The notes beneath the pieces were generated by a model. It ran no database searches. It was given only the letters and a program-made list of their open reading frames with translations, and was not told the DNA's origin. From Candidatus Jordarchaeales archaeon (GTDB lineage: Archaea; Asgardarchaeota; Jordiarchaeia; Jordiarchaeales; Freyrarchaeaceae): 32,000 bases of DNA. Location of the stretch: NCBI GenBank assembly GCA_038858525.1, contig JAWCFL010000004.1, positions 30,001-62,000 of the forward strand. Reading direction: 5' to 3'. A program made the translations under genes and the position numbers. Shown piece by piece: positions 16,084-26,121 of the stretch; within the stretch, counting starts at the first letter, position 1, and each line of letters begins with the position of its first letter.

Positions 16084-17970
16084 ATGATACTTGACGTATT
16101 AGCCGGATACGAACTTGCCGCATCAGTAGCAGTACTGATCGCCCTAAGCCCAATAGTTTACCTGATAGGCAAAAAGTGGGGTAAAGCAGCAGCATGGCTC
16201 TCCGTAGCTACGGCAGCCATTTCAGCCATAATGGTGATACACGTATCCTCCACTATTCTTACCTCGTACAACTTGATGGCGTCCATTTCCTTCGACGTTG
16301 CATCAAAGGCTTACCAGCTAGTAGTGTACATTCCATTCCAGAACTGGGCGGTTAACGTTGACCTCTCAACGTGGCAAGCATCCATAGTTACGAGTACGGT
16401 GCCCTACTATCCAAACCCGTTCGACCGCTCAGTGGTCTACCCTGCCTTCCACCTCTTCCAGTACAGGCTTGTGCTCCGCCCATACTACAACATTATTCCT
16501 CAGCCCGCCTTCAGAGTAGAAATCCCAATAGTGGCGTCAATGAACCCCCTTCTGCTCCTCCCGCTTGACGCAGGACTAGTCGCCGATGGCCTAAGCGCTC
16601 CGGTCGCCATGCTGATATCTGGACTAGGAGCATTAGTTATGTTCCACTGTGCAACACACATTGATGACTTGAAGCAGCCCGGAACATTCTACGCCAGCCT
16701 CCTCCTTTTCATAGGAGGCATGCTTGGCGTCGTCTTCTCTACGAACATCATAGAGTTCTTCGTGTTCTGGGAGCTGATGCTCATACCCACATACATCCTC
16801 GTCGCTTATTATGGATTAACAGAGAAGCGCAGCACGACGGCACTCAAGTACTTCCTGTGGACCACTTTTGGCTCAGCTTTCATGCTGGTCGGCATGCTCA
16901 TGACAGGAATAAACCTCGGAACATTCAACATGCAAGAGATGGGCGTAGTCATAAACGCTTATCAGAACCTCATATACTCAAGCGTTATAGGTAACTTGAT
17001 TCCTTGGCTCGCCTCAACAATCCTGGGTCAGCAGGTTCAGCTGTGGCTCACTCTAGCAATAATGGGCGCAGTGATGGTGCTGCCAGTCTCACTCATACTT
17101 GTGGGCTTCGCTGTTAAGATGGCGATATTCCCGCTACACACGTGGCTTCCAGACACCTACATGGAGGCTCCAATGCCTGTGACCCTTCTCCTAAGCGCAG
17201 CAATGACTAAAACAGCGGCATATGGTATTGCCAGAATAGTCTCCCTCTATTTAGCTCCCTCTGTCTCAATGATGACTGTTGGGCTGGGAATCCTCGCTAT
17301 AATAACAGCGTTCTATGGAGGAATAATGGCATTAACACAGAAGAACTTGAAGGCGATGCTCGCATACTCCTCAATGAGCCAGATGGGCTACATATTCTTC
17401 GGCTACGCCATGAGCACGTTTTTCAGCGTTACAGGTTCCTTCTTCCACATAATAAACCACGGAATATGCATAGCAACCTGGTTCATGATAGCCGGTCTGC
17501 TCCTCAAACAGTTCGGAACCCTTGACTTCGATAAGCTGGGAGGACTCGCAGGCAAGATGCCTCTCACGGCAACGCTCGCCGTGCTCTCCGGTCTCTCCCT
17601 AGCAGGAATACCCCCACTGAGCGGCTTCGCGAGTGAGTGGCTGATTTTCGTTGGAGGCGCTGTGGCCAACCAGTACCTCCTCTTGGGACTCATGGTTCTC
17701 GCCACCGCTGTCACGTTAGCATACTACTTGTGGGCGATACGCCGCATATTCTTTGGACCAATAAAGCCTGGCCTCGAAAACGCTAAAGAGCTACCATTAA
17801 GATACATAGCGCCAGCTATTATACTAGTAGTGTTCACCGTCATACTTGGTATAGCGCCAAACATGGCTACACAGTTCTTTGCCCCCCTCTTTGGCGCCAC
17901 ACCATTCCTACCGACAATTTACGGGTGGGAGCAGATAGCCTACTTGTTAACCGCACTCATGATGATATGA
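16084..17970 (+). CDS. nuoM: NuoM-like antiporter subunit
   Basis: FFVFWELMLIP, VKMAIFPLHTWLPD, TKTAAYG, AYSSMSQMG and GFASEW (conserved Glu). Confidence 0.93.
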   Translation: MILDVLAGYELAASVAVLIALSPIVYLIGKKWGKAAAWLSVATAAISAIMVIHVSSTILTSYNLMASISFDVASKAYQLVVYIPFQNWAVNVDLSTWQASIVTSTVPYYPNPFDRSVVYPAFHLFQYRLVLRPYYNIIPQPAFRVEIPIVASMNPLLLLPLDAGLVADGLSAPVAMLISGLGALVMFHCATHIDDLKQPGTFYASLLLFIGGMLGVVFSTNIIEFFVFWELMLIPTYILVAYYGLTEKRSTTALKYFLWTTFGSAFMLVGMLMTGINLGTFNMQEMGVVINAYQNLIYSSVIGNLIPWLASTILGQQVQLWLTLAIMGAVMVLPVSLILVGFAVKMAIFPLHTWLPDTYMEAPMPVTLLLSAAMTKTAAYGIARIVSLYLAPSVSMMTVGLGILAIITAFYGGIMALTQKNLKAMLAYSSMSQMGYIFFGYAMSTFFSVTGSFFHIINHGICIATWFMIAGLLLKQFGTLDFDKLGGLAGKMPLTATLAVLSGLSLAGIPPLSGFASEWLIFVGGAVANQYLLLGLMVLATAVTLAYYLWAIRRIFFGPIKPGLENAKELPLRYIAPAIILVVFTVILGIAPNMATQFFAPLFGATPFLPTIYGWEQIAYLLTALMMI

Positions 17971-17986
17971 AAGGAGGCATGGTGAA

Positions 17987-19762
17987 ATGTTAAGCGACGT
18001 AACTCTTCTATACCCGATTGTTACCCCAATAGTTTTCGCTATCCTAGTCCTAGGCATTGGTACAATATTCGAGAGAGTTGCAGACGGGAAACTACAACTA
18101 GCCAGAGAAATAACGGCAGTCATAGGGTTCGCCGTAACATCACTCTACGTATTTCTAACTTACTGGCAACTTAGATACCTGCAGATAATATCCGACTGGT
18201 CCCTCGTGACGTTCGGCGTCTTCATACCTGCAACCTTCTACTACGAGTACATGCCTGCAGGATACTGGCTTACCTTCGCGTACCAAGTGCTCGTGAACGG
18301 GCAAAACTGGCTTCTCTACAGGGCGGTGATGCCGCCCACCGGCTCGGTATTCGCTGTAGACTTCCTCAGCATACTGATGGCGGCAGCATTCACGGGGCTC
18401 GGCCTCGTCGTGTGCGTTTACTCAATAAGATACATGGAACACGACACAGGGAAAACGAAGTACTACGCGCTCCTCCTCATACTCGTTGCCGCAATGAACG
18501 GAGTAGCCTTCGCAGGAGACTTGTTCACTCTCTTCGTGTTCTTCGAGATCATGGGCGTCTCAGCTTACGCCCTAGTTGGGTTCAGGAAGGAGCAATGGGA
18601 ACCTGTCGAGGCAGGCTTCAAGTACCTCTTAATGGGCGCAGTCGGTAGTAGCATGGTGCTCTACTCGATATCTCTGATCTATGGGCTAACGGGAACCCTA
18701 AACTTCGCCTACATTGGAACACTGATCAACCTATCGCAAACACTGAATCCATGGGGCTTCCTCATCGGAAGCCAAGTGTTTTACATAATAATTGCGTTGC
18801 TCATTATAGGGTTCGGCATAAAGGCAGCAATAGTCCCGGTACATACATGGCTTCCAGACGCTCACCCAGCCGCACCCAGCGGAATAAGCGCCATGCTTTC
18901 AGGCGTAGTGATAAAGGCAGGCGTCTACTCGATGGCCAGAAGCCTCTTCGTTCTATTCCCCATCACCAGCGCTTGGCCATGGATGGTAAATCTTAACATT
19001 CCACCGTACAATCTCCAGTACATGTTCCCGTCAGGGTTCCCCGGCTACAGTTACCCGTTCAACTGGAACTATGCATTAGCTCTCTTCGGTGTAATAACGT
19101 TAATCGTAGCGAACGTTATGGCACTTCTCCAGCAAGACATCAAGAGACTTCTAGCATACAGCAGCATACTCAACATAGGATTCATAATGCTCGGCTTATC
19201 AGTAGGCACAGCGACCGGGGTTTCCGCAGCATTCTTCCACCTCGTTAACCACGCGATAGCTAAGGGCCTCCTCTTCTTGGGAGCAGGAGTCTACCTCCAC
19301 TCTACGGGTTCAAGAATGATAAGCGACCTTTCAGGAATAGGCCGCAAGACTCCCATAACAAGCATGAGCTTCGCCATAGGGACACTTGCGTTGATGGGTA
19401 TCCCGCCGCTCAACGGCTTCTGGAGCAAAGCATTAATAGTTCTGTCAGCGGTCTGGTATGCCCCCTTCGTGCCGGAAGGATGGGTATGGGTGACGGTAGC
19501 TATCATAACTGTTCTGGCGAGCGCGTTCTCGGCAGCCTTCTATCTTAGGCTCATATACGTCATATGGTTCTCACCGGAATCCGACCGCGTCAAAGCGATA
19601 AACAAGAAGGAGTCCCTAGTTATGGCTTTACCCGTAGCAGTCCTAGCGCTCGCATGCATAATCTTCGGCGTCTATCCAAGCCCAATATACAGCATGGCAA
19701 ACAGAGCAGCAGAAGCCCTTCTCCACTACGCAAACTACTTCGCAGGAATACTAATACTATAA
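17987..19762 (+). CDS. nuoN: NuoN/MrpD-like antiporter subunit
   Basis: LFVFFEIM, EAGFKYL, IKAAIVPVHTWLPDAHPAAP, IKRLLAYSSI and GFWSK (conserved Lys). Confidence 0.88.
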   Translation: MLSDVTLLYPIVTPIVFAILVLGIGTIFERVADGKLQLAREITAVIGFAVTSLYVFLTYWQLRYLQIISDWSLVTFGVFIPATFYYEYMPAGYWLTFAYQVLVNGQNWLLYRAVMPPTGSVFAVDFLSILMAAAFTGLGLVVCVYSIRYMEHDTGKTKYYALLLILVAAMNGVAFAGDLFTLFVFFEIMGVSAYALVGFRKEQWEPVEAGFKYLLMGAVGSSMVLYSISLIYGLTGTLNFAYIGTLINLSQTLNPWGFLIGSQVFYIIIALLIIGFGIKAAIVPVHTWLPDAHPAAPSGISAMLSGVVIKAGVYSMARSLFVLFPITSAWPWMVNLNIPPYNLQYMFPSGFPGYSYPFNWNYALALFGVITLIVANVMALLQQDIKRLLAYSSILNIGFIMLGLSVGTATGVSAAFFHLVNHAIAKGLLFLGAGVYLHSTGSRMISDLSGIGRKTPITSMSFAIGTLALMGIPPLNGFWSKALIVLSAVWYAPFVPEGWVWVTVAIITVLASAFSAAFYLRLIYVIWFSPESDRVKAINKKESLVMALPVAVLALACIIFGVYPSPIYSMANRAAEALLHYANYFAGILIL

Positions 19763-19763
19763 A

Positions 19764-19790
19764 TTCCCCTCTTTCTTCCTTTCTTTTTTT
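19764..19790 (+). terminator. Pyrimidine/oligo-T tract, likely archaeal intrinsic terminator of the nuo operon
   Basis: TTCCCCTCTTTCTTCCTTTCTTTTTTT directly after the nuoN stop codon. Confidence 0.55.
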
Positions 19791-19930
19791 ATTATGACAC
19801 TTAACGCGAAGATTTTTCCAGAAACTTTTTAACTTTCAAAGCTAATTATACTTTTGGAATTTGGGGGTCTTAGGCCTACTTTTGGCTTCAAGGCTCTCAA
19901 AGTATCCTAAATGGTGAAGGTGAAATTTGT

Positions 19931-20323
19931 TTGTTGATAGATAAGGTTGCAAGTCTTCTCGACGAAGCAGGCCTCAAGTATGTTAGGCAGAAGGATGCTA
20001 TAGTGATGCACTGGGAGACCGATTATTTCAACGACTTAACTGTGGTTGTTTTAACTTCTCCCGACGAGAAATGGTTATTCATGGTGGCCTGGCTTGCCAA
20101 TGTCTCAGAGATACCTGAAGAATCACGTCTCTCTCTTTTCTACATGCTCCTGAAGGAGAATTTTAGGCAGAACGGCATCAAGTATGGTGTGGACAACGAC
20201 GATACCCTTTTTGTCAGTGTTGAAACGGCAGACACCGACTTGACTACTGAGGAAATAAAGCGCTATGTTCTGCATCTTGTAAATGCATGCGACAAATTTG
20301 TAGAAATTACAAAGGGAACATAA
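19931..20323 (+). CDS. YbjN / T3SS-chaperone (CesT)-like fold protein
   Basis: Pattern L..AGLKY...LFYMLLKEN......KYGVD.D..LFVS..T..L..EE is typical of YbjN-like domains. Confidence 0.7.
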   Translation: MLIDKVASLLDEAGLKYVRQKDAIVMHWETDYFNDLTVVVLTSPDEKWLFMVAWLANVSEIPEESRLSLFYMLLKENFRQNGIKYGVDNDDTLFVSVETADTDLTTEEIKRYVLHLVNACDKFVEITKGT

Positions 20324-20421
20324 CAGTGAGTCCCCGGAAAGCGTGCTTTTTATATTTTTTCTATTTTTTAGATGTTGTTAGTTAGCTGCTGGAGGGGCGA
20401 TTTTTGCACGAGGGAAGAGGG

Positions 20422-20820
20422 GTGTCTAGGATCAGTATTTCGCTTCCATCCGAGCTCTTAGAAGAGTTTGACGGCTTCATTTCCTTTTTAAACATGGATA
20501 GATCTAAAGCTGTCCAGGTTGCCATGCGAAACTTCCTCACCGAGTACAAGGCGTTCTCGTCCTCCGGGGATAGCGCCGGCGTAATCTCTATAATATACGA
20601 TCATGATGTTAAGGGGCTGGAGGAATCCATAACAGACATCCAGCACGAGTACAATGACATGGTCATTGCGACTGTTCACGCTCACCTTACTCGAAGTGAC
20701 TGTATGGAGGTAGTGATAGTTAAGGGTAAAGCCGAGAGGATAAAGGAGTTCTCGGAGAAGCTTATGTCGAATAGAGGCGTTAAGCAGCTTAAGCTTACCC
20801 TAAGCTACATTGGCCCATAG
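20422..20820 (+). CDS. nikR: Nickel-responsive regulator NikR
   Basis: RHH (RISISLP.ELL.EFD, DRSKA) plus ACT domain with Ni ligands QH, HxH and C (TVHAHLTRSDCMEV). GTG 20422 follows GAGGGG. Confidence 0.93.
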   Translation: MSRISISLPSELLEEFDGFISFLNMDRSKAVQVAMRNFLTEYKAFSSSGDSAGVISIIYDHDVKGLEESITDIQHEYNDMVIATVHAHLTRSDCMEVVIVKGKAERIKEFSEKLMSNRGVKQLKLTLSYIGP

Positions 20821-21782
20821 ATTTTCTTGAGACGGCAGAAGCTGCAAACCTCTGAGGATGAAGGATACCCGCATGCGACACACCTCCTTAGTGGCCCCGT
20901 CTCACCTTTTTTGAGCAGCGGCTTAACTTTCTCCAAGAACCCCCGAACCATACTTATTTTCATGGTCGGCACCTCCTCCTCCAGCATGTTGAGCACCATC
21001 TTAAACTTAAGTGTTGATGGTGCTATAGCGTAGGGGCATTTCCCGTCAACGGGTGCAAGTCCCTGAAATTGGGCGTACATCGCTGTTTCTCTTTCGGAGA
21101 CCTCGAAGAGAGGCTTTATACGAGATATCATTCCCTCCCTTGCAGGGAGGACAGGGGACTGGCGGGATAAGAGTTCCACGTTCGCTGACAAATAGTTTGA
21201 GAGGAGGACTGCTGCTTCATCGTCGAGGTTGTGCCCGGTGGCAAGCCTGTCGAACCCCATTTCAACACCCACCTTATTGAGGACATACCTTTTAACGACG
21301 CCACATACTGAGCATGTGGGTCTCCCTCTTCGGGATGCCACGTCGTCCATGGTGAACCCTGCCAGCTCAGCGGCCTTAATCGTGTGGTGTGGAACCCCAA
21401 GTTTTTCACAGTGAGCGCGTGCAACCGCAATGCATCTTTCAGAGTACCCCTTTATGCCAAGGTCCAGCGTTACAGCTTCAACCTCGCACTTAAGGGAAAA
21501 CTTGGGGTCATCGCTGTCCCTCAGTGTTGAGAGGATGTGGAGGAGAACCAAGCTGTCCTTTCCACCAGACAACGCTACAAGAACCCTCTCCCCAGAATTT
21601 ATCATCCCGTATCTTTCTATGGTGCGCTTAACTCTCCTAACCACGTAATTCCTAAAGTGACTCCTGCACAAGCTAAGACGAGCATAGGGGAGGAAGACCT
21701 CCATGTCGCCACTACACCACTTGCATTTGCCAGCCAACACGTGGTCCCCCGTTTCTCCGAACTTCAGAAACACATGTTCCAT
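20805..21782 (-). CDS. ttuA: tRNA 2-thiouridine synthase, TtuA/Ncs6 family
   Basis: N- and C-terminal Zn-finger Cys motifs, PP-loop SGGKDS, CxxC (CSVC), GHNLDD and CPYA. Confidence 0.9.
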   Translation of the reverse strand: MEHVFLKFGETGDHVLAGKCKWCSGDMEVFLPYARLSLCRSHFRNYVVRRVKRTIERYGMINSGERVLVALSGGKDSLVLLHILSTLRDSDDPKFSLKCEVEAVTLDLGIKGYSERCIAVARAHCEKLGVPHHTIKAAELAGFTMDDVASRRGRPTCSVCGVVKRYVLNKVGVEMGFDRLATGHNLDDEAAVLLSNYLSANVELLSRQSPVLPAREGMISRIKPLFEVSERETAMYAQFQGLAPVDGKCPYAIAPSTLKFKMVLNMLEEEVPTMKISMVRGFLEKVKPLLKKGETGPLRRCVACGYPSSSEVCSFCRLKKIYGPM

Positions 21783-21816
21783 TCAAAAAATTTAACATAC
21801 ACGGCTCAGAAAGATC

Positions 21817-24800
21817 ATGGGGGGTTCAAGTTTGTCCGACGTTAAGTTTGCGAAGCTCCTCTCATTCATCATGATACTTCTCATTATTTCCTTAATTTTC
21901 CTCTCGTCTCCCAGTTGTGCCTATCAAAACGCTTCACAAAACGATTCACCCGAAGAAACGTTTAACGAGAGGAGCGCCTTAATAGACCCCAAGGTAATAG
22001 AGGCAATAAGACTTGGCTGGGATCCTATCCCTGTAATTGTGGTTTTCACAGTTAATTCTGAAGCAGGATGTGCCGCTGTGAAGGCAACTTCGCCGGGAAC
22101 CGTGGTTGAGAAGATTTACACGCTAATCCCTGCAGCCCTAATGAAAATTCCCTCAAATGACATATTTAAAGTAGCCATGCTACCGGAAGTCAGAAGCATA
22201 TGGTTGAACAGTCAGTTTAAGCTCACATCAAGCTTAGGAGCTAAAGGAAACCGTGGAGTGGAAGTAAGCGTAAACTTGGGCGTCGAACAAATATGGAGCG
22301 AGGGATTCAATGGAAGCGGCGTTGTCATCGCAATCTTGGGCAGCGGAATAGACTCATCTCACCCAGACTTGGATGACCTGGACGATGACCCATCAACCAA
22401 TGACCCTAAGGTCATAGCCAGCGTGTCAATGGTCGATTATGACCCTTTCACCTACGACTTTAGCGGGCATGGAACCTACGTAGCAGGCATTGTCGCCGGA
22501 ACAGGTAACGCTTCTAACGGAACATACAAGGGAGTGGCGCCGGGAGCATTGCTCATGAACGTGAAAGTCTTCGACGTTGAAGGGATAAGCTTATACTCAT
22601 GGATACTTTCAGGAGTCGAATGGAGCGTCAGCCACGGAGCAGACATAATACTAGTTCCCATCTCGGTGCCAGGACTGCCTGACGACCCCCTCTGCCTAGC
22701 GGTGGAAGCAGCTATCCGCATGGGAGTAGTAGTGATCACCTCGGCAGGCGACGGGGGGCCAGCCTACATAAGCATAGGCTCCCCGGGATCAGCGCTAGGC
22801 GCAATAACTGTTGGAGCCTACAATCACTCCTCCGGAAGAACATGCACGTTTAGTGGGAGAGGGCCAAGCCTCTACATGTGGACCAAACCAGACATAGTTG
22901 CCCCAGGCTACAATATAGTGTCTTGCCGTGCTCATCCTCCAGACCTAGGATTCAACATCTCTATTCCCCAATTTAAAGATGGGTATGGAACCCCCATAGA
23001 CGAAAACTACACTGTGGCTTCAACCACGGCTGCTGCAGCAGCCTACGTTGCTGGTTTAGCCGCTCTTCTTCTACAGTCATCTATGTATGCCAGCCCTGAA
23101 TCCGTAAAGATCGCCCTTATAAAAACAGCCGTAGACCTCTACGAGTCCCCAAACATACAGGGAGCGGGACTCGTTAACCCGTACTCTGCTTACAGTTATC
23201 TCAAATCCAAGGGCGGAACTCCACTTAACTTGGATAAAAGAACCTATACGATAGGATTGCCTCCCGCCCCTCTTCTCGTCAATAGTACGGACATTTCAAG
23301 CTACTGCTTGGTTGGTAGTTGCGGGACATTTACGGCCATGTCTCTTTCCAACCACACGTCAAACTTCAACTCATCCCACCTTTTACAGGGGATGTTCGGT
23401 GTTTCTTATGGTGGCGGAGATACTATTTGGCTGACGACCGGAACAGTGCTGCGAGAGCTCCACGTCTCACATGTAAATGAAACCACTGGCTACGAGAAGC
23501 TGGTCTCCATACTTCAAGTGGACTGCCTTCTCGTAGTTGTAGTTTTCGAGTGCTGGAGCAACTATAATATGACCCATGCCATAAACGCCTTCAAGGTCAC
23601 CATGAAATTCATTAACATAGGAGACGAAGCGCTATCTGATGTTTGCCTTACCTTCTTCTGGAACCCCTCCCTATTTCTGAACGAAAGCGAACAACCACCA
23701 GACGAACATGGCTTTTTCGACGACACGACGGGTATGTTGGAAGTTAACGACACGTGCAACCTTGACGTAAGCCAATCCTTGTGGCTGGTTTTTAAGGGTA
23801 ACCTGCCCGTTGTGGGTTACGATGTCGGAGAAAGGGACGAAGTGTTTAATGGTGCTTCGAAGGGTCTCTTCTCAAACAACTCGGAGTATACTGGCGATTT
23901 GGGTCTGGCGGCTAGGTGGCCCCTTTCGCAGCATCTTGAATCCGCTGGCTCGTGCTCCTTTATGGCAGCGCTTTCCTTTGGAGGCAACCGGACTGCTGCT
24001 CGGGAGGCAGTGTTAGACGCTATTGAAGCTCAGGAACAGCTGAACATCGTCGACCTGTGTGTTGTTAACGCGTCGATAGTCCGCTTGCATCAGCTGGGAG
24101 CAGACTACGTTTCCGGATGCATGGTGATCAACGTGGGGAGCATTGCAGCTAATGCCTCTGTTTTCTTCTTCGCTAACAAGTCTGGAGATGGTAGTACAAT
24201 TTATTATGCTGAAGAGTTCAGGCTTGAACATCTTCAGCCATACGTGCCCGTGAAGCTGAACGTCATGTGGCGTCCAACAAGCGGCGGAATTTACTCAGCG
24301 GGCTGGGCTGCATGGGAGCTTCCTTTCCTACCACTAGAATACCTATTAAACCCCGGGCTTCTCGCAAACATAACGGAAGTCATCCAGCAGCTCAACCTAA
24401 CAGAGCTTTACTTGCTAGATAACTACGTGGCGAGAAACGTCTTCATAGGTTCACCTTCACCTGACCAAGCGGTATTTCCGACGAGAATACCATGCGACCC
24501 GTTCCCCATCAGCTTCCCAATAGACTTCGCATACTACAACCTGACCGTAATATCCACGGGAACCGTGAGCAACATTAAAGTTTCAGTTGAAGGGGCAGCA
24601 TCCAAGCTGACTGCAGCATCAAAAGTGCCAGCCTACATAGACAGACTCGGAACTGTTGAAATTTCAATAAACACCACGACTCCCTCAACCTTAAAGCTTG
24701 AAGGAGTCCAATCCCCTCTTTCGTTAGGATTCTTCAACTTTCCAAATCCCGGAGAATATAGCGGCGCCATTAAGGTGATGCTGAACGGAGCCGAATGCTT

Positions 24801-26118
24801 GGTGCTGACGTCATTTACGATCACTTACCCCCAAGGCAGAATGTTCTTTGACAGCGCTCACAACTTAATAGACGTCGAGCATATTGAGGAGTCTCTTGAC
24901 AGCATATTCACCGGATACTTCAGCCTCTACCAGACAGCCCGGTCCGGCATGTACGAGCTTGACGAGATACCCTTTCTACGTGAAATCAACGAGACGATCC
25001 TAAGGGTGTACGACGCCCTGATAATATGTGACCCGGAACTACCCTTCAACCAGGCGGAGTTGGAAGCAATAAAGCTCTTCGTGAGGAACGGTGGCAGCCT
25101 CCTCGTAATGGTCGAACCTAAGAACTTCACAGTTATAAATGAACTCTTAGAGCCCTTCGGAATAAAGGCTACTTCAAATGTCACCGGAAACCTGACGCTC
25201 ACCAGCTTTAAGCCTCACCAGGTAACCAGCGGATTATCATCAGTTACTTTTTATTCCCCAGCCATCTTTGAAGTTAACGAATCAAAGGGAGCCTTCGCCT
25301 TAACTGAAGGACCGATTTTCGTTGCGGGCGCACTGTACGGGATGGGCAAGGTTATAGTGTTCGGCGACTCGGATTTCGCCTCCCTCTTTCACGTTGAAGA
25401 GAGCGATAACTCCAAGCTTCTGTATAACGTTTTTGAGTGGCTTTTGGAGAACAAGCTTGATTTGGAAATAGTGATGAGCACGCCTAGGGAGGGAGGAAAA
25501 GTATACCTTGGAGACAGGGTTTACTTCCTGATTCACGTAGCTTCCATTGGGGGGGAAGACGCCCACGAGAACTTGACAATCTTTGCGGTGTTCAACCTTC
25601 CAAATGGGACCTCCATACCCATGTGGTGCTTCCATTATAAGGACGGATACTACACGACGATGCTCTTCACAGAACTTATAGGGCAAAGTGGAAACTACAC
25701 TTTGATATTATGGGCCGACTCTCCTAGTCATACTTCAACATTTGCGACAATTACATTCACAGTGCTCCCTAGCCCCCCAGAGTCGCCTTCCATATTTCAT
25801 TATCCATCCGCAACGCAAGACATTCTGCTTGGCTTCCTCGCCACTTCATCTGTATTAGCGTTAGTTGTCGGAGCTTACTTTGTGAGGAGAAGAAGGTTCC
25901 AGCGGAAAGCCTTCATACCTGAACTTGACCAGGAGCTTGCCTACCACATGAGAACAATGATCAACGAGGTGAGAGCCGTATTCAAAGAGCTTGAAATTAT
26001 GCTTTCAGACGAAAGCCTAGATGACTTCGAAAGAATACGAATAATTCACGAAAAACTTCCCAGACTAAAGCGTACACTCACCAAGCTAAAAATGCTAGCC
26101 GAAATAATAGGCGAATAG
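21817..26118 (+). CDS. Large membrane-anchored S8 (subtilisin)-fold protein with GIFT/GldG-like domain, MBTPS1/S1P-like architecture; catalytically degenerate
   Basis: Signal peptide, prodomain, S8 motifs (GIDSSHPDL, GHGT.VAGI, KPDIVAPG, QGAGLVN), GIFT-like YDALII......AELEAI..FV.NGGSLLV, C-terminal TM plus RRRR, and many N-x-S/T sequons. Confidence 0.85.
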   Translation: MGGSSLSDVKFAKLLSFIMILLIISLIFLSSPSCAYQNASQNDSPEETFNERSALIDPKVIEAIRLGWDPIPVIVVFTVNSEAGCAAVKATSPGTVVEKIYTLIPAALMKIPSNDIFKVAMLPEVRSIWLNSQFKLTSSLGAKGNRGVEVSVNLGVEQIWSEGFNGSGVVIAILGSGIDSSHPDLDDLDDDPSTNDPKVIASVSMVDYDPFTYDFSGHGTYVAGIVAGTGNASNGTYKGVAPGALLMNVKVFDVEGISLYSWILSGVEWSVSHGADIILVPISVPGLPDDPLCLAVEAAIRMGVVVITSAGDGGPAYISIGSPGSALGAITVGAYNHSSGRTCTFSGRGPSLYMWTKPDIVAPGYNIVSCRAHPPDLGFNISIPQFKDGYGTPIDENYTVASTTAAAAAYVAGLAALLLQSSMYASPESVKIALIKTAVDLYESPNIQGAGLVNPYSAYSYLKSKGGTPLNLDKRTYTIGLPPAPLLVNSTDISSYCLVGSCGTFTAMSLSNHTSNFNSSHLLQGMFGVSYGGGDTIWLTTGTVLRELHVSHVNETTGYEKLVSILQVDCLLVVVVFECWSNYNMTHAINAFKVTMKFINIGDEALSDVCLTFFWNPSLFLNESEQPPDEHGFFDDTTGMLEVNDTCNLDVSQSLWLVFKGNLPVVGYDVGERDEVFNGASKGLFSNNSEYTGDLGLAARWPLSQHLESAGSCSFMAALSFGGNRTAAREAVLDAIEAQEQLNIVDLCVVNASIVRLHQLGADYVSGCMVINVGSIAANASVFFFANKSGDGSTIYYAEEFRLEHLQPYVPVKLNVMWRPTSGGIYSAGWAAWELPFLPLEYLLNPGLLANITEVIQQLNLTELYLLDNYVARNVFIGSPSPDQAVFPTRIPCDPFPISFPIDFAYYNLTVISTGTVSNIKVSVEGAASKLTAASKVPAYIDRLGTVEISINTTTPSTLKLEGVQSPLSLGFFNFPNPGEYSGAIKVMLNGAECLVLTSFTITYPQGRMFFDSAHNLIDVEHIEESLDSIFTGYFSLYQTARSGMYELDEIPFLREINETILRVYDALIICDPELPFNQAELEAIKLFVRNGGSLLVMVEPKNFTVINELLEPFGIKATSNVTGNLTLTSFKPHQVTSGLSSVTFYSPAIFEVNESKGAFALTEGPIFVAGALYGMGKVIVFGDSDFASLFHVEESDNSKLLYNVFEWLLENKLDLEIVMSTPREGGKVYLGDRVYFLIHVASIGGEDAHENLTIFAVFNLPNGTSIPMWCFHYKDGYYTTMLFTELIGQSGNYTLILWADSPSHTSTFATITFTVLPSPPESPSIFHYPSATQDILLGFLATSSVLALVVGAYFVRRRRFQRKAFIPELDQELAYHMRTMINEVRAVFKELEIMLSDESLDDFERIRIIHEKLPRLKRTLTKLKMLAEIIGE

Positions 26119-26121
26119 CCA

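Noticed and set aside
22339-22341. Sequencing error explaining the S8 Asp-to-Gly change (GAC to GGC is one base)
   Set aside because: Independent changes at the oxyanion Asn and across the whole Ser motif make a single error insufficient.
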